Assembly (NCBI RefSeq): GCF_018350175.1 | Contig: NC_058368.1 | Coordinates: 86,616,001 to 86,680,000 of the forward strand | DNA length: 64,000 nucleotides | Source: Felis catus | Taxonomy: Eukaryota | Direction of reading: 5' to 3' | Shown: positions 61,165 to 64,000 of the stretch, one piece after another | Position numbering within the stretch: the first letter of the stretch is position 1 | Layout: every line of letters begins with the position of its first letter | The notes under the pieces: generated by a model | Database searches by the model: none | Seen by the model: the letters and a program-made list of their open reading frames with translations, nothing else | Told to the model about the DNA's origin: nothing | Position numbers and translations under genes: made by a program

Positions 61165-62839
61165 GAAATGAAAAGAAAAGAAAGAAAAGGAAAACACGAT
61201 GGTCCCAAATCTTTGGGATGCAACAAAAGCAGTCATAAGAAGGAAGTGTATAACAATACCAATAAGGCCTACCTCAAGAAGCAAGAAGAGTCTCAAATAA
61301 GCAACTTACCCCTACACCTAAGGGAGCTGGGGAAGGAACAACAAATACAGCCTAAAACCAGCAGAAGGAGGAAAATAATAAATATCAGAGCATAAATAAA
61401 TGATATAGAAACAAATAAAAAAACCCAGTAAAACAGATCAATTAAACAAGGAGGTCATTCTTTGAAAAAACTAGTACAATTGATAAACCTCTATACAGAA
61501 TTATCAAAAAGAAAAGGAAAAAGACCCAAATGAATAAAATCACAAGTGGGGGAGGATAAATAACAATGAACATGACAGAAATAAAACAATTATAAGAGAG
61601 TATTATGAAAAATTATTTTGCAATAAATTGGGCGATTTGGAAGAAATTCATAAATTACTACAAACATATAAACTACCAAAGCTGAATCAGAAAGTAATAT
61701 AAAACTTGGGCAAGACAATAGCTAGGAAGGAAATTGAACCAGTAATGAAAAATTACCTAAGAAACAAAAAGTTCAGGGGTAGATGTCTTTGCAGGGGAAT
61801 TCTACCAAAGGTGCAAAGAAGATTGAATACCTACTCTTCTCAAACTATTTCAAAAATAGAAATGGAAGGAAAACTGCCAAACTCATTCTATGAGGTCAGC
61901 ATTACTTTGGAGACAAACAATATGCTAAAAAAGAAAACTGCAAGCTAATATCCCTAATCCACATAGATGCAAAAATTCTTAACAACAGTGTAGCAAATTT
62001 AAGCGAACCATGTATTAAAAGATTCATTCACCATGAGCAAGTGGGATTTATTCTTGGGTTGCAATGGGGGTTCAATATATGCAAATCAATCAGTGTGATA
62101 TTAACAAAAGAATGAGCAAGAACTATATAGTCCTTTCAATAGATACAGGAAAAGCATTTGACAGAGTAAAACATACATCCTTAATAAAAAACCCTTAAAA
62201 AAGTAAAGATAGAAGGAACATACCTTAACCTAACAAGGGCTATAACCAAAACCCCACAGCTAATATCCTCCTTCATGGGGAAAAACAGAGTTTTCCTCTA
62301 TGGTCAAATAAAAGACAGGGATGTTTGCTCTCACCACCACTATTTAACATTATACCAGAAGACCGAGACTCAGTAGTCAGACAACAAAGAGAAATAAAAG
62401 TCAGTGAGAATAACAAGGATGAAGTCAAACTTTCATTCTTCTCAGACGACATGATGCTCTATATAGGAAACCTGAAAGACTACACTAAAAAAAATGCTAG
62501 AACTGATAAAAAAAATTCAATAAAGTCATAGGATACAAAATAAATGTGCAGAAATCTGTTGCATTTCTCTACACCAATAATGAAGCAATAGAAAGAGAAA
62601 TCAAGGATCAATCCCATTTACGATTCAACAAAATCTATAAGACAGCTAGGAATAAATCTAACCAAAGAGGTACAAAATCTGTATTCTGCAAACTATTAAA
62701 TATTTACCAATGAAATTAAAGAGGATAAAAAGAAATAAAAAGGCATTCTATGCTAATTGATTGGAAGAACATTGTTAAAATGTTTATACGACCCAAAGCA
62801 ATCTTCATTTAATGAAATCCCTATCAAAATATCAACACA
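61165..62839 (+). mobile_element. LINE-1 ORF2 middle (RT region), cut at the duplication breakpoint
   Basis: AYLKKQEESQISNL..., [27 protein letters not shown]...FSDDMMLYI; ends abruptly at aatccctatcaaaatatcaacac. Confidence 0.88.
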
Positions 62840-64000
62840 GAGTGGCAACCTCGAATAGACGCCACGCACGACAAGGATGGATGAAGCAGAGCCATGAATC
62901 AGAAAAATATGCAGCTAAGAATTCTTTATCCAGCAAGGCTGTCATTCAAAATAGAAGGAGAAATAAAAAGTTTCCAAGACAAACAAAAATTAAACGAGTT
63001 TGTGACCACTAAACCAGTCCTGTAAGACATTTTAAAGGGCATTCTCTGAGGGGAGGGGAAAAAAATCAACAAAGAATAGAAATGACAAGAGAACAACACC
63101 AGAAACTCCAACTTTACAGGCAACATAATGGCAATAAATTCATATATTTCAGTACTCACTTTAAACATCAATGGACTAAATGTTCCAATCAAAACATATA
63201 GAGTAACAGAATGGATAAGAAAATAAGATCCCTCTTTATGCTGTTTACAAGAGACCCACTTTAGACTTAAAAGCGTCTTCACATTGAAAGTAAGGTATGC
63301 AGAACCCTCTATCATGCTAATAGTCACCAAAAGAGAGCCAGAGTAGCCATACTTGTATCAGAATATCTAGACTTTAAAATAAAGACTGTAACAAGTGATG
63401 AAGAAGGGCATTATATTATTAAGGGATCTGTTCACCAAGAAGAACTAAAAATTGTAAACATTTATGCTCCAAATGTGGAAGTATCCAACTATATAACTCA
63501 CTTAATCACAAACATAAAGAAACTCCTTGATAATAATACTATAATAGTAAGGAACTTCAAAACCCCACACTTACAGCAAACTTACAGCACACTTCAACAC
63601 TTACAACAATGGATAGATCATCTAAAGAGCAAACCAACAAGGAAAAAATGTCTTCAAATGATACACTGGACCTGTTGGACTTAACAGATATATTCAGAAC
63701 ATTTCATCCCAAAACAACAGAATATACTTTCTTCTCCAGTGCACATGGAACGTTCTCTAGAATAGATCACATACTGGGACACATATTAGCCCTCAAGAAG
63801 TACAAAAATGTCAAGATCATGCTGTGCAAATTTTCAGACCACAACATTCTGAAACTTGAAATCAAGGACAAGAAACAATGTGGAAAGATAACGAATAATT
63901 GGAGACTAAAGAATATCTTACTAAACAATGAATGGGCTAACCGTGAAGTTAAAGAGGAAATTAAACAGTACATGGAAGCTACAGAAAATGGTAACACAAC
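62840..64000. repeat. Right arm (visible part) of the inverted duplication; L1 ORF1/EN sequence on plus strand
   Basis: Reverse complement of 17670-18830; identical peptides in the ORF track (18340-18744 vs 62926-63330; 17986-18195 vs 63475-63684). Confidence 0.97.

Noticed and set aside
1..64000. CRISPR arrays, operons or prokaryotic defence/RT systems
   Set aside because: The sequence is mammalian; no regularly spaced repeat-spacer array is seen, and all RT-like peptides are L1 ORF2.

Overview
Mammalian genomic DNA, almost certainly from a felid: it carries young cat-type tRNA-derived CAN-SINEs and carnivore LINE-1 5'/3' UTRs. The window is AT-rich and by eye roughly three-quarters decayed, nested L1 sequence, plus about 13 SINEs, two LTR remnants and many microsatellites. 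The only credible protein-coding gene is an intact class II olfactory receptor (26190-27143, minus strand), with a plausible upstream non-coding exon and OR-type promoter at about 29.0-29.5 kb. Most other ORFs in the track are L1 ORF1/ORF2 debris, antisense L1 or SINE noise. The main structural signal is that 17670-18830 and 62840-64000 are an inverted duplication. I compared them base by base: 1161 bp, no indels, 2 mismatches, both CpG transitions in the innermost 30 bp. The duplicated DNA is an old L1 with private lesions shared by both copies, and the match runs off the window edge. This looks like the inner ends of a large palindrome or inverted segmental duplication around a 44-kb spacer that holds the OR gene. 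Further signals are a probable 3.8-kb inversion just inside the spacer, a twin-primed L1, a candidate L1 3' transduction, templated-insertion scars and L1-borne CTCF motifs. Repeat boundaries are by eye (tens of bp uncertainty). Repeat subfamily names come from memory of consensus sequences, not from a search.
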